Part shown: in pieces, positions 1 through 12,558 of the stretch
Position numbering within the stretch: the stretch's first letter is position 1
How the letters are laid out: every line of letters starts with the position of its first letter
Source of the DNA: Chiloscyllium plagiosum
Lineage: Eukaryota
DNA: 64,000 bases
Reading direction: 5' to 3'
Assembly (NCBI RefSeq): GCF_004010195.1
Contig: NC_057719.1
Location: 45,302,423-45,366,422 of the forward strand
Notes under the pieces: model-generated
What the model was told of the DNA's origin: nothing
Databases searched by the model: none
Seen by the model: the letters and a program-made list of their open reading frames with translations, nothing else
Program-made: the position numbers and the translations under genes

Positions 1-639
1 AGAAAAAGCATTTAGGACAGCCCTAAGGTCTGAACCTGATCAAGGAGGTGGAGCTGTGAGCATCACTGAAATGAAGGTCAGTGGTGGCGGGAGTTCAGTG
101 AGTGATGCTTTTTAAGGCTTATCTAGGCACTGAACCATGGAATGGGAATGCGCACACAGGAGAAGACCCATGCAGAGTATGCAGTAAGCAACAAGGTGAA
201 ATCTGTCATCCATAGTGAGGGAAATATTACAGAAATTTAAAGGGAAAAAGGATGCAATCCATGCCATAAAAGATTCCATCGCTCAGAACCTGTCTCACGG
301 AGGGTTTTGAGTGCAAAGTGGGAGACTAGGACAGCTTTGGCAGCACAGAAAATTAAAATCACGCAGCAAGGACTGCAGACTGGAGAATGAATACTTCCTG
401 GGAGATGTGACAAGATTACAGTAAGAATTTGACTCTCCTGACAATGCAGATCCACAAGATGAATGCTGCTATGTAAAAATGCAGGTAATTGGCAGAAAAC
501 TAGTTATAAATTGGATATACCAGAGCGGATGTATCGATTATAGAGATTACAGAGATCTTACAAGTAATTTGTAAATATTGTGATTCTTTATAAAGCAGAG
601 CTGCTTGTATAGCTTTAAAATTCTTAAGTTGGCCAGCAG

Positions 640-930
640 TGAAGATGTGGAGTTCTACTCAGTGCCCTATGGATCTTTAGCCTGCTGTGGACAGCCTTTG
701 CAGTGAGACTGTGATGTGTCTTTTTAACTTTGTTTCTTGTTTTCTGATCTATGGTTATGTTGTCTAGAGCTGAAATGTAACTTTTCTTCTTCATTTCTCT
801 ATTCTGTAATTAACGATTGTACCTTGGTACCTTTGTACCTAAGATGGCGCTGTAAGTAGAGATTTATAAACTTTTCACCGTACTGATTTGAGTACATGTG
901 ACAATAAAGCCAATATATTCAGTCATCCAT
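640..930 (+). mobile_element. 3' tail of a non-LTR retroelement (family unassigned)
   Basis: ATGGCG...AAACTTTTCA...TTTGAGTACATGTGACAATAAAG; the same tail occurs in reverse at about 25460-25640. Confidence 0.5.
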
Positions 931-2789
931 TCTCTCCACTGCAAAAACATGCCTGCCCAAGCATTGCAAGACAGTGGAGCAGAATCTCCATTTTTCTCAA
1001 AACAGCAGGGGAAAATTGCAGGACAGGAGGCACCAAAGGCAGTAGAAACCAGTCACCAGAGGGAATTCTGGACAATTGGTTTGTTTTTTCATCATACAGT
1101 CACAGAGAAAGAAGCCACTATTCAAGTTATTCATTTACTGGAGTCTGAGACTTTCGATCTTCCTATACTATTGAATGCAAATGACATTGTTCCTAAAACC
1201 CAGCTGTCTCTTTTGAGGAGAATAAATTCTTTCTTGAAGAAGAGAAAGAAGAAGTAAGATGTCTACTGATTAAACAAACTTGGCGAGAAGATGCAGCAAC
1301 AGCAACTGAAGCCACAGTTAGAAGAAAAGGTTCCTTTCAGAGGAGTTAGCCAGACCACTGCTACAAGGAATTGACCTTGTACTAGTTCAACCACTAAATA
1401 ATTAAATGAAGTTTCAAAAGTTCCGATAGCCAGTAAAGTCACCATGGAATCTGTGACACCTAGGATTATGGAGTTAGAGACAAATCATACAAGAAAGAAG
1501 TCTCAGAGCTTCAAAACAAATTCAGAGCCATTCATGCTTCAGGCAGCTGGTGGCAGGGGGCGTTTTACCATACCCGCACAAGCAGTAGCCAATTATATGC
1601 AACACAATCCTTGCAAAATGTATAGAGAACATCAATGAATGAACCAAAAATGGCCCTTCAAGAAGAAGCACAACCCCAGTTGCTATTAAAACATGATCCA
1701 TAGGGAAAAAAAAATCTTTAAGTCCAAAGTGAATCAATGTGCAGAAATTGTTGGTGTGTATAGACTGCAGCAAAAGGCTGCAATAGAAACCATCAGCAAA
1801 CCACAGAAACGCTATAGAGTTTCTTACAGCCAAAACCTACAAGACCAAACTACCAAAGTCCCAAGGACACAGAATATTTTGATAAAGCTTAAAGTCGAGC
1901 ATCAGAATGAACTTGAACAGGCCAGAACTCAACAAGAATTGGCTGTCAAACTGCCTTAGTTAGACTAGCAGGCTAAAAGCCCAGCTGTTAGAAACTTGCA
2001 GAAGATTTACAAATATTTTGTACTTACAACCAGCGTTCTCATCCAGTTGACACTTCAGAGATAGGAGGGGGACAAAAAGAATATCGCAGAAATAGAAGTT
2101 TCAGATTATGTTGGACAATTACCTGATGAAAACTTTCTGCTAGAGTTAGTGGATGATGGCCTAATCTTTCAAAAAACAAAATCTGCAAGAGAGTTTCCTT
2201 GTTAATCTCAGGGACCACCTTTCGATAGATATCAGCTTAAGTCAGTCTGCAGATCATTGTACTACACACAAATTTCTCAATGATCCTGCTCCAGCAGTTT
2301 ATCTCGCTGTCTATATTGGGACAGTCCTGCTTTCTCAGGGATTCTTCAAGACATTATTGCCCGCACCTCAGCAGCCTCGTGATGCAGCAAATACTGAACA
2401 CCTACAGAAGAAGAAATTCCTATCCTCAAAGTATTCGAGAAATCTTCCCTCCCTTACTTTCAGTAACGTCTTCAAAATGCCTTTCACTCTTCTTTTCATC
2501 TACAATACTACATTATCCCAAGACCAGAAAGCAAAGCAGATAGAAAAGAGAGTGAGAATTTCACTTCCTCATCTTCTTTTTAAAGAGGCTGTGCTGATTA
2601 GAGTTTTCTCCTTTAAATTTCCTCGATTTATCTTCACTGCTGCTACTTTCTTGTCTTTGTGATTTTCACAGCCAATGGGCCAGCCATCATCAGAAGCTAT
2701 CATTCCATTCAACAATATATGTTAGCTCTCCAAGGATATAACACAACAGCACATACATCCGATATGTCCTCTCAGAAAACTGAGGAAAT

Positions 2790-3070
2790 TTAGATTAGAT
2801 TTCGATTTAGATTCCCTACAGTGTGGGAACAGGCCCTTCGGCCCAACAAGTCCACACCGACCCTCCAAAGAGTAACCCACCCAGTCCCATCTCCCTCTGA
2901 CTAATGCACATAACACTATGGGCAATTTAACATGGCCAATTCACCTGACCTGCACATCTTTGGACTGTGGGAGGAAACCAGAGCACCCGGAGGAAACCCA
3001 CGCAGACACTGGGAGAATGTGCAACCTCCACACATACAGTCGCCCAAGGCTGGAATCGAACCTAGGAGTC
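2790..3070 (-). mobile_element. HE1-like V-SINE, abutting an oppositely oriented SINE head (about 3078-3150)
   Basis: Reverse complement of the V-domain (GGAGTTTGCACATTCTCCC...GGTTTCCTCC) with (TCTAA)n tail. Confidence 0.85.
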
Positions 3071-3244
3071 TGGTTCTATTAGCACTGCTGCCTCACAGAA
3101 CCAGGCTCCTAGGTTTGATTCCAGTCTTGGACGACTGTGTTGTTGGAGTTTAGTTTCTCAACCAACAGAGATTTATGGGGGGAGAAAGCAGAGAAAAGAG
3201 TTAAATATTTCAGGTTGAACAATGGTAAAAATGTGTACCATTAA

Positions 3245-3577
3245 AAGATTAGATTAGGTTGGATTCCCTACAGTGTGGAAACAAGCCCTTCGGCCCAACA
3301 AGTCCACACCGACCCTACGAAGAGCAACTCACCCAGACCCATCCCCCTACATTTATCCCGGACTAATGCACCTAACACTATGGGCAATTTAGCATGGCCA
3401 ATTCACCTAACCTGCACATCTTTGGACTGTGGGAGGAAACCGGAGCACCCGGAGGAAACCCAACGCAGACACGGGGAGAATGTGCAAACTCCACACAGAT
3501 AGTTGCCCGAGGCAAGAATTGAACCCGGGTTCCTGGTGCTGTGAGGCAGCAGTGCTAACCACTGAGCCACCATACCA
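3245..3577 (-). mobile_element. HE1-like V-SINE, full length
   Basis: tRNA-derived head (TGGCTCAGTGG A box, GGTTCAATTC B box), V-domain and CR1-like tail. Confidence 0.9.
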
Positions 3578-4329
3578 CTCAAAAAAAAGCAACTTAGGAG
3601 ATGCAGACTAAGTACAGCTACTAAGACTGTGTAAAAGGTGCAATATCATAGTGGCATCAGATCATATGGACCTGGAACTTGGGTCTGTAGGGTCCAAGAT
3701 AAATGGACACGTTACTGGAACTATTTTCCTGCAATAGGTTATGGTCAATTGTTAGTAGTTACTTTCAATAAAGCCTGTTGCTGCTAACTCAAGAATGTAA
3801 ATATCACATTACTGCATACACACCACAAGAACAGCTGTATTTAAATACTAACTGATTTGATTAGATGCTTTTTGGTTCTTCTTCTTTGCAACTAGCACTG
3901 AAACATCCACTAGGTAACAGTCCTCATCAAGTTCTACTGCACTCTCTCTGCTAAAGCCACTTATCGAGGCATTACTGATATCTGTGCCTTTTTGGATAAG
4001 AAAGTTATGCAGATCAAAGCAAGCTACAACATTGCATGCTATACATTCAAGCAAGCATTCAGAGTCCTCAAAATGAAAGCATTCTTCAGGTTTCTCTTAT
4101 TCTCTCTGTTGTTATCTCTACTGAAGCACTTTCTTTGCTGTAATGCCCATGGCTGAGTCATTATGTCTGATGGTAATAGATTTACTTCATCAAAAAAATG
4201 CACATAATCATAAGAAATCGCTTCACATAATTCTTTTCATCAAACAGAGGATGAAAACTTCACAACAACCTCCAGTAAATTTGGCATTAATGTAGACAAT
4301 TAATGGGGGTTTTGGTTTAGACAGTCTAG

Positions 4330-6500
4330 AAAGCAACAATGACTTTCTCCCACTCCAGTGTAGTGAATCCTGAGGTGAACAGGCAGTCCAATGCTATATC
4401 CACACACTCTGCCACAGGGACTCTAGGGGGTGTTCGAAGAGGTGAATATGCTAATCGGTTTTTCAGACTTCTGCTGTTTGTGCTTGGATTCTACCTGGGC
4501 CTGTCAGAGATGTTCAAAATAGTTGGCAATTTCAAGGATGCCTCTTCTCCAGTTTGATTAGTTTAAAGCAATGAGTCAATTGGGATCTTGCATTTTTTCA
4601 TGGAGGCTTTATGGACACCCTTGAAGCATTTTCTCTGCCTTTCTGCTAACTGCTTGCTAAGAAGTAGTTCAGAGGAGAGAGCTTATTTTGTAAATTTTAT
4701 GCCAGCTACATCGACAATGTTGGCTGCCCAACACAGCTGCGTGATTGTAATTAGTGCCTTAATGCTAGGGATATGAGCCTGAGAAACAACACTGTTACTG
4801 GAGCCAGTGTGTTGTCATCAGATTTGCAGGATTTTGCAGAAGCAGTAGTAATATTTCTCAGTAATTTGAAATCATTGTTGTATGTTCCTGATTCACAGAG
4901 AAAAATAGGTAACAGGGTTTCCTTGTAGAATATGAACTTGAAGCTGGGTTTGAGATCTTTGTTACCAAATACTCTGTTCCTTAGATGACTAAAGACTGAT
5001 GTTGAATTTCATTATTACTATCTGCCCTCATTGAGGGTATAAGAATTGGTTCTCATTGTTCAGTGGCTCCCAATGGATCTTTTGCATGGTGGGAGCAGGA
5101 CAAGAGAGGACTGATATCTTCCAGATTTTTAAACCAAAAGCCCACTCTCTCATATACCTTCACAAATATGTCAACAATGATTTGAAAATCAGCTGTGCAG
5201 TGTATACATGCACAAAGATCATGCTATAGCTCAATGCTCTTGGTTCTGCATTGGAGATGACAGATTTAACACAGTCTCTTGGTCATCATGTATGGATGTT
5301 GCTTTCCAGTGGGAAGTTTCATGGATATGGGATGGAGTGTTGCAGCGATGGAGAAGAGCATTGGTGCAATGAGACAGCTTTACTTGACTCTGGTTTTCAC
5401 ACATATAGGCTCTGTGGTAGATCCATTGGTGAGGACGACACTTGCATATTGTCTTACAGCAGACAGAAAACAGTGATCAATTTCTGTAAGCAGCCAAATT
5501 TGATAAGAACGCTCTATAGTCCCTCCAGGAGAGTCAAAGGCTTTTATAAGGTCAAAGAAAATCACATATAAAAGGTTATTGTTACTCTTTACACTTTTTG
5601 TTTGAACAGAGATCCTCATTGCTGTGCCCCTTGATGAACAGAATCCACACTGTGACTCTGGCAAGATCTCTTCAGTCACTAGGAGGTGGTGATAGGGGAG
5701 AACTTTTGTAATGACCATCATTGTGGCGGATATCAAAGAGACCGCTCTGCTGTCCGCCACAATCAGTTTTATCACCATTCTTGAAGATGGTCATAACCAC
5801 AGAATCAGATCTGTTGGTGTGATTTCCACTTTGGATGAGGAACAGGAGGTCATGTATTCATGACAAGATTGCTTCCCCTCTATTTCGCAGAGATTCTATC
5901 TGCGCTGGTAATTTTGTTGGTACTCAGCTATTGGATGGTCTCTTAACTCATATCAGGCTGGGGTTCTGCTAAGATGGAAATGCGGGATGTGATCAACGGC
6001 AGCACATGGAAAACGGAGTTTCATTTGAAGAGATCCTCAGAGTGTTTCTTCCAGTGAGAGACAACTGCATCTTTATTCATGGTGATGAGTGACATTCTCT
6101 TCCAGATGCTCAGTGCAGTAGGTCCTTGGGTGGTTGGGCTGTAGGCAATTCATGACTGGAAGTCACAGCTATTGGTGAGGTACTGGAATTCCTGGAATTT
6201 CCATCCACTGTTTATTCTTTGTTGGTTCCTTATTGGATAGGAGTCCTAATTTCTCTGTTGAGCTGCTTTCTTTCCTAGGATTTTGGTCATACTCCCAGTT
6301 CAGGATTGCCTTATGCTTGCAATTTAGTAGCTTCTGGATCCGAAGATCATTCTCACTGACTAGTCTTGACATTTCCTTAAAGCCTAGAATCTCTTCATAA
6401 GAGCTATTTATGATGGATTTAAGCTTCATGAGCCTCACCAAGTTGGTTGTGAGGCAATGACTGGTTACACATGATCTGAACATTCCATGAGATGATGCTG
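4330..6500 (-). mobile_element. Decayed RTE-clade LINE in intron 9
   Basis: ORF 5380-5778 has ILPESQCGF..SRGT and YVIFFDLIKAFDS, typical of RTE reverse transcriptase; many stops and frameshifts. Confidence 0.75.
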
Positions 6501-7730
6501 TTTCTATTCAGAAGATTCACTGGACTTAATGCAGGAGCTAGCAATGCTAGATGGATGCCATCTATAGCAGCCTGATATTGGAGATACTTGTAACTGGATG
6601 ATCCTAAAGTGATGTTCTTGTTATCATGCCATACAGCTTGAATTCTCCAGCTCCGTTAAAAATGGTGTTAGGTTTCTGACAAATCCCTGGTTGCCTCTAC
6701 AGATTCCACATAGCCTCTTGGAATGAACCAATTGCATAGCAATTGTGTGTAGTGAAGTTTTCCAGCAACAGACACAGCTGCTCAGCAGATGATCTTGGCT
6801 AAAGGTCTTCACTGCAAAAGCTGGCATCATTCTCCCATTGTTTTTGTTTCAATAAACAATACACTCATACAAAGATCCTCACTGCTATCTTTGACAGATT
6901 ACCAAGGGCTGTCAACCCTTTTTGAGGGGCTAACTGCCTGTGTGTTTTATCCTCATCAAATACTGCTTCACTTTTATTAAGTTGACTTTCAATCTTCTTC
7001 TACTGGTAATAAACCAGCTCTTGTATAAGCGCCAAGGTTGTCAGAGTAAGATGGTCTCTGTACAGATGCACTGCAAAACTCAAAACTACCCCAAATAGCC
7101 TCTTCAAATATAGCAATGGCTGTTAAAAACCTCTCAGGATTATGATCCACAAGTTCTTACCAATTCAAGCAACAGAAGCATCTCATTTCTTACATTGTCC
7201 TGAGTTTCTGGACCATGTCCAATACAAATTTGCATATATAACATGAACTTTGGCAATATTAGCTCATTACAATAAGACCCCAGATCCAAATAGGAGCAGC
7301 TATTATATAAGATAAAGGCCTAATGTAAACAAGATCTACCTTCAGTTGCAGATTTTGAAGAGTTCAATGCCTGCATTTCTAAAATTCTGGAAAGTGTGTG
7401 GAAATTTAAGGCACATATAAGGAAAATCTTACCATGTCAGTTTGAAACTACCAAACTATTTTACTAGTTTTTTCCAGGTGGTAATTATTTTCATGATCAT
7501 TTATAAAATAAAAAAGAATCATTTTAAAGTTGTAAGATGCCAAAATGTATCCCTGAATACCATGCAACAGTGGATTTAATATTATGTCAAGCAGAAACAG
7601 AATGTTAATACACCTTTCTCAGTTTTGGTGAAAAACATTTCTAGTTAGAATGAGAGCAAAGTAAAAGGTGTAAAACAAGCAAGAGGCAAGACAGTCCAGT
7701 ACTAACAATACATTGATTGTCTTCACACAC

Positions 7731-7874
7731 CTGAGCAAACTTTGCCATCTCCTTCATAGCCAGGAGTGCACTTGCAGATGTGTTCACGTTCATTTATTGC
7801 AAAACATTGCGCTCTTGGATCACAAGTGTGGCTTCCATCCTGACATGGATTTACTGTATCAGGCCTCAAGTTAC
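7731..7874 (-). CDS. NID2: Nidogen-2 coding exon 9 (EGF-like 2); the gene continues beyond the window start
   Basis: tatag acceptor; VNPCQDGSHTCDPRAQC...CKCTPGYEGDGKVCS, a six-Cys EGF; donor GTGTGT; 144 nt, phase 1-1; no further exon recognised in 1-7730. Confidence 0.93.
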
Positions 7875-8009
7875 CTATAGAAAGAACAAGAGAAATACAT
7901 GACAAACTGCATTGGAAAGAAGGGTTGTGCCTACTGGGGGAAAGAGCACATATAATTTCAGAAGGCCAGTTATATAATGACTCAGGGACAGGGGAATAAT
8001 TTAATTAGG

Positions 8010-8350
8010 TTCAATTGGTATATACTGGTGATAAAACTGGAGTAACAATCCAGAACTTCCAGCAACATTATGAGGACATGGGCTTAAAATCCACCAGGGC
8101 AAGTGGTGAAACTTTAACTCAATAAAAATCTGGAATTAAAAAAACTCAACTAATGGGGACCATGTAACCACTGTTGTGAAAAATAAACCCTTTGTTTAAT
8201 TTATGACCCTTTATGGAAATAAATCTAGGCCATTCTTACCTCGTCTGGACTACCTGTGACTCCAGACCCTCAGCAATGTAACTAATTTTTAACTGCCCTC
8301 TGGTCAATTAGGAATGGACAATAGTGTCCACATTCATGAAAGAATAATAA
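8010..8350 (+). mobile_element. DeuSINE-like (SacSINE1-type) element in intron 8
   Basis: Core GACTCCAGACCC.CAGCAATGT...TTAACTGCCCTCTG with a CR1-type tail; related copies at about 14410 and 31170/37110. Confidence 0.65.
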
Positions 8351-9445
8351 GAAATAAAGATGATCTTCAAATGGAAAATCAAGAACGTTGAACAGTAGCT
8401 ACTGTAGAACAGCATATAATACAAATGTGGGACTTGTAAGAAAATGGATTGCAACAATCTAGGAAATTTTAATTTTCATCCAGATTGAGACACATATTTT
8501 TTGAGTACATGCTCTTCATGTTTCTTTAGACTTTCCCAGTCTGGAGAGTTGCATTGTACATCAGTGTGTCTTTTGTGATAATAACATAATCAAGTTGGCA
8601 TTATGCATTTACTATGACTAAATTATAGGCAGCAGTATGAGAGTATCCTGAAGGAAATTAGAGAAGGTTCAATGTTCTGATTAGTCCTACCATTAAACCC
8701 AGCTCAATAAAAGCTTTATTGTCCTAAATTCATTCCTATTTGGAATGAAATTCTTACCAAGAGCTAATTAAATTGCTACAAAATATATTTTAAAAAGAAT
8801 GATTGATGTAAATTACGTTTTATCACTGATGACAATGTACAAAATACTTTCCCATTGCCAATAAACAAGCTTACTAGAAAAGAGTCCTACATATTTCAAA
8901 TCAAAGAGCTTATGATCCCCTTCCCAATCAGACAGTTTACCATTCATTGAATACTATAACTTGCTGACCTCAGGCCAAAAGCAGACTTATTCACTTGTTC
9001 AAAGTAAAAGACAGCTTTGTTAAGATATCTGACACGTTAAGACCATGTCTCAATCTTTTTAATGATCTTGCTGTTTGGTCATTGTCCTTTTCTTACCCAC
9101 CTCCTTTATGAATATATTTTTATGGCTTAATACATGAGCAAGTACTTTTTATTCACGAAAAACCAGAAGGCATGGGTCAGTGTTACTGCAGAGAAGACAT
9201 ATAGTATATTATTACCAGGAGGTGATGGCAAATATTGTTTAGCTTGCATATATATATATAAGACAGTTAACTCCTTGAATTGGAAGGAAGTGGTCAGGAT
9301 AGTTTTAAACTGCTCACTGCATGTTTAAATACTGTTTTAAAAAAATAAGGCATTGACAATTCCACCACCTTATTCTTTCTTCATGGAGCTAATTAAATAA
9401 AGAAATGTAAAAATAGGGTGTGATTCTAATCCGGAAATGATTTAC

Positions 9446-9673
9446 CTCTGGCGGCTCCAATCTGGTTAATCATTGCATATCTAACAACCTTCTCACTCTC
9501 ATCATAAAGCACAAAAATACGATCAACATTAAGTTGTTGACTGGCTGGAATCGTCCTTGGTGCATGTTCACAGTCATAGTAAGTAATGTTCTGCCTCAAC
9601 TGATATCGAAGTGTCTGTGTCCCACCATTCCTGGTTTCAACTGAATACTCTCTGTAGGTTGTAGAGGTAATTG
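9446..9673 (-). CDS. NID2: Nidogen-2 coding exon 8 (end of G2)
   Basis: tgcag acceptor; ITSTTYREYS...RQNITYYDCEHAP...QQLNVDRIFVLYDESEKVVRYAMINQIG, translated by hand; donor GTAAAT; 228 nt, phase 1-1. Confidence 0.94.
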
Positions 9674-9987
9674 CTGCAAAGGGGAAGTTTGAAAGTAAAA
9701 TTAGTATCTGTACTACTTGCAGAAACTTAACAATGAAATATTGAAAATTTCAAGATTGTTTATACTTCTCAGCACATTGTTTACACAGAAAGCTAATTTA
9801 GAATGGGATTAGTTATATGCCATTACAAAGCTCTTCACATGCCAAGAAATTAGTAATCTAATTATTTAGCAGCTGCTTTCAGAGAAAATTGCAAGACACA
9901 TGATTTGAAACAAAAAACTAAAATTTTTCACATTGCATGATTTTTACTGTGCAATAAAAAAAATACAACTTAATGATGTTAACATAC

Positions 9988-10188
9988 CAGAACTAGAACG
10001 GTAGTAGAGTTCATCATATGGCTGGATCTGGACCGTAGCACCTTGGGCAATATCAGGCAATTCACCTTCAATTTCAGTGGCAATGCTGAGATAATTCTGT
10101 GTATCAAGTCCTTGAGCTATTTGCATTATATTTAACTTCTCGTTGCCAGGATAGAAGATGATATCAACATTGCGAATAAATTTAGCAC
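9988..10188 (-). CDS. NID2: Nidogen-2 coding exon 7 (G2)
   Basis: tctag acceptor; AKFIRNVDIIFYPGNEKLNIMQIAQGLDTQNYLSI...QPYDELYYRSSS; donor GTATGT; 201 nt, phase 1-1. Confidence 0.94.
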
Positions 10189-10295
10189 CTAGAAAAACGT
10201 TTTAAAATGTAAGTTATGTAATAAAAGTGACCTGCTTTCACAAGATTGTAGTTGTTCGAATTGTCTCTTTCGTTACACCTCCAATAAAACCAATA

Positions 10296-10512
10296 TGTCA
10301 CATGATGGTAACATTACTCCACAGAGGCCAGCATCCCATCACCAAGGCACCCTTTATTTACACATGAACAGTTTTCGAATAATACTGCTACGTACAGTGT
10401 CAGTATATCTTTTTATCTGTCAGCCAGGGCTTCCTGATTGCAGCACAATAACAGCCCCAATCAGGAAACTCATATTCTATGAGGACCAGCTGACCTTATT
10501 AGAATCACTACA
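10296..10512. mobile_element. Solo LTR (Gypsy-type) in intron 6
   Basis: TGT...ACA termini with aata/aatg flanks; shares TTTTTATCTGTCAGCC..CCTGATTG..AACTCATATTCTAT..AGAATCACTA with the LTR at about 57125-57340. Confidence 0.65.
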
Positions 10513-11502
10513 AATGCTATCTTATCACAGCAGGAAATTACAGTATAATTATCTCAAATCCTCACACTGCATTTCAACTGACATCTAATGAGGACCAAAA
10601 GATCATGACCGATGTTTTTCTCCACAACCTAGTTTGAGGTCAACTATAGCACTACCATTCTACTCTATAGTATCATGACAGTTATAAAACCATTGCATGA
10701 TATAAACTGCACACAGTGATATGCAGAGATAGACAGAAAATTGTGAAAGAGAAGCAAAATACTTTGGGGAAAAAAATAAAGAATTACAGATGATGGAAAT
10801 CAAAAACAAAACAGAAATTGCCGGAAAAACTTTGCTAGTCTGGGAGCATCTGTGGGGAGATAACAGATTTTATGTTTTGCGTGCAGTGATCCTTCTTCAG
10901 ATTGCTTGAAATTTAAGTAAATTAATTCTCACCCTCAGCAGGTTCATCATCATATGATACAAAAAAGTAGCTTGACGATGAATGGATCACTGCTCTAGCA
11001 ATTGTCAACTAAGTCAACACGGAGTGGTAGCCTGACTTTATGCAACTGGATGGATTTTGAATGGCTCACCACTGGTGTCTTTATCTGTTGAGCCATAAAG
11101 AATGCTTCTGGCAAACATAAATTGTACAAAAATATAGGTAATAACTCACAATTGGTGTGAGATTCACAAATTATTTATTTTACTAATGTTTAAAATTAAG
11201 AGACGGACTTCAAACACTCCATTCAAAAATGGTAATCACACAACATAACACAATGTTAACTCAGGTTCGAGTTTTGATTAATGATTTCAACATTAAATAT
11301 TTTGTAAACTGAAGCACAGATCTGAAAGAACACCAAAGGGCTTTTTGCTCATCTGCGTGACACAGTCTACAGATGGGCTGTTCCAGCATTAGGCCTTGGA
11401 GTCAGGAGTTCACAACTCTTCACTTATCAATGCCATTGCTTGCTCTGGACTTTGAAAATATGTCAAATTTCAGTTAACATTATACAATAGAGATGTATTT
11501 AC

Positions 11503-11754
11503 CTGCAATGCTGAAACCATTTTTGAAGCCTGGTTGTTCCACAGCAAACAACCATCCAAAAAGATCTCCAATTATAGGAAGCGACTGCATTGCCCAACCT
11601 ACCACCTCAGGAATTTGGCTAATAGCTGTAAAGGCTCTCCCATCATTTACAACTACATATGCATGGAGGTCAGCATTCCGAAACTCCACAGGCATTCGAT
11701 TGGCTCCAACTATTAATTTTCCATTTACTTTTCCATTTACACGCTGAGTAACAC
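11503..11754 (-). CDS. NID2: Nidogen-2 coding exon 6 (G2 beta-barrel)
   Basis: tgtag acceptor; QRVNGKVNG...[18 protein letters not shown]...LFGWLFA...NGFS; donor GTAAAT; 252 nt, phase 1-1. Confidence 0.95.
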
Positions 11755-11874
11755 CTACAAAGAAATTAATCAAACTATTATTGTGTGAATGTACAAGTGC
11801 AATTGTAGGCAGACAGTTTCAAAACACAGAGCTAAAAGTTAGTTAAGACAGGAATGTTCTTTTTTTTAAACTAC

Positions 11875-12024
11875 CTTCTGGTAGACATTCTCTTCCATTG
11901 CCATAGTAACCAGAATGGCAATGACAGCAGAATCCAGTTGAGTAATCAGCACAATAAGCATGTTGGGAACACTGTCCCTGGTTTCTCGCACAGGTTTCCC
12001 TTGTGCCTGTATTGTACGTGAAAC
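11875..12024 (-). CDS. NID2: Nidogen-2 coding exon 5 (EGF-like 1)
   Basis: tccag acceptor; [49 protein letters not shown], in a frame not shown in the ORF track; donor GTAGTT; 150 nt, phase 1-1. Confidence 0.95.
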
Positions 12025-12558
12025 CTGGAAAACAAAGAATGATTTAGTTACAGTATCCAACATTTTTCCACGCTACAACAAAGAAAATATCAGTTCATAA
12101 CTTATACCACTCATGAGCTATCAGCAACATTACTATTTTCAATGAGACTTGTGCCAACGTTGTTTTCTTTGAAAAAATCTGTGTTACTAGGACCCTAAAC
12201 TATGGGGATAATAAGCTATCAAATCCCTATTTACCACTTCAACAAATACAGACTTCATTGGGCAATAATTTTATTTACACTTTCTTTATTTTTCAATAAT
12301 TACACCACTTGATGACTAAACGTAAAAATGTCTAAATGCATCAGGACATGCACTAGCATTTATTTTTGACACAGTACATTGCATTTGTTATATCTTGCTC
12401 ATCAATTGTAAAAGTGCTTTTTTGAAGAGTAAACTCTAATTCTGTTGATTTTTATAGAATAGAATAGTACAGGGACAATTTCAAACGTGAACATTTTATC
12501 ATTACATATTGATAAAATAGCATAAATATATCTGAAATCAACTTTCCATGTTACTTAC

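Noticed and set aside
1..7730. Next NID2 EGF exon
   Set aside because: No six-Cys EGF with splice sites found by eye; the Cys-containing ORFs (237-455, 3848-4054, 6624-6830) lack EGF spacing
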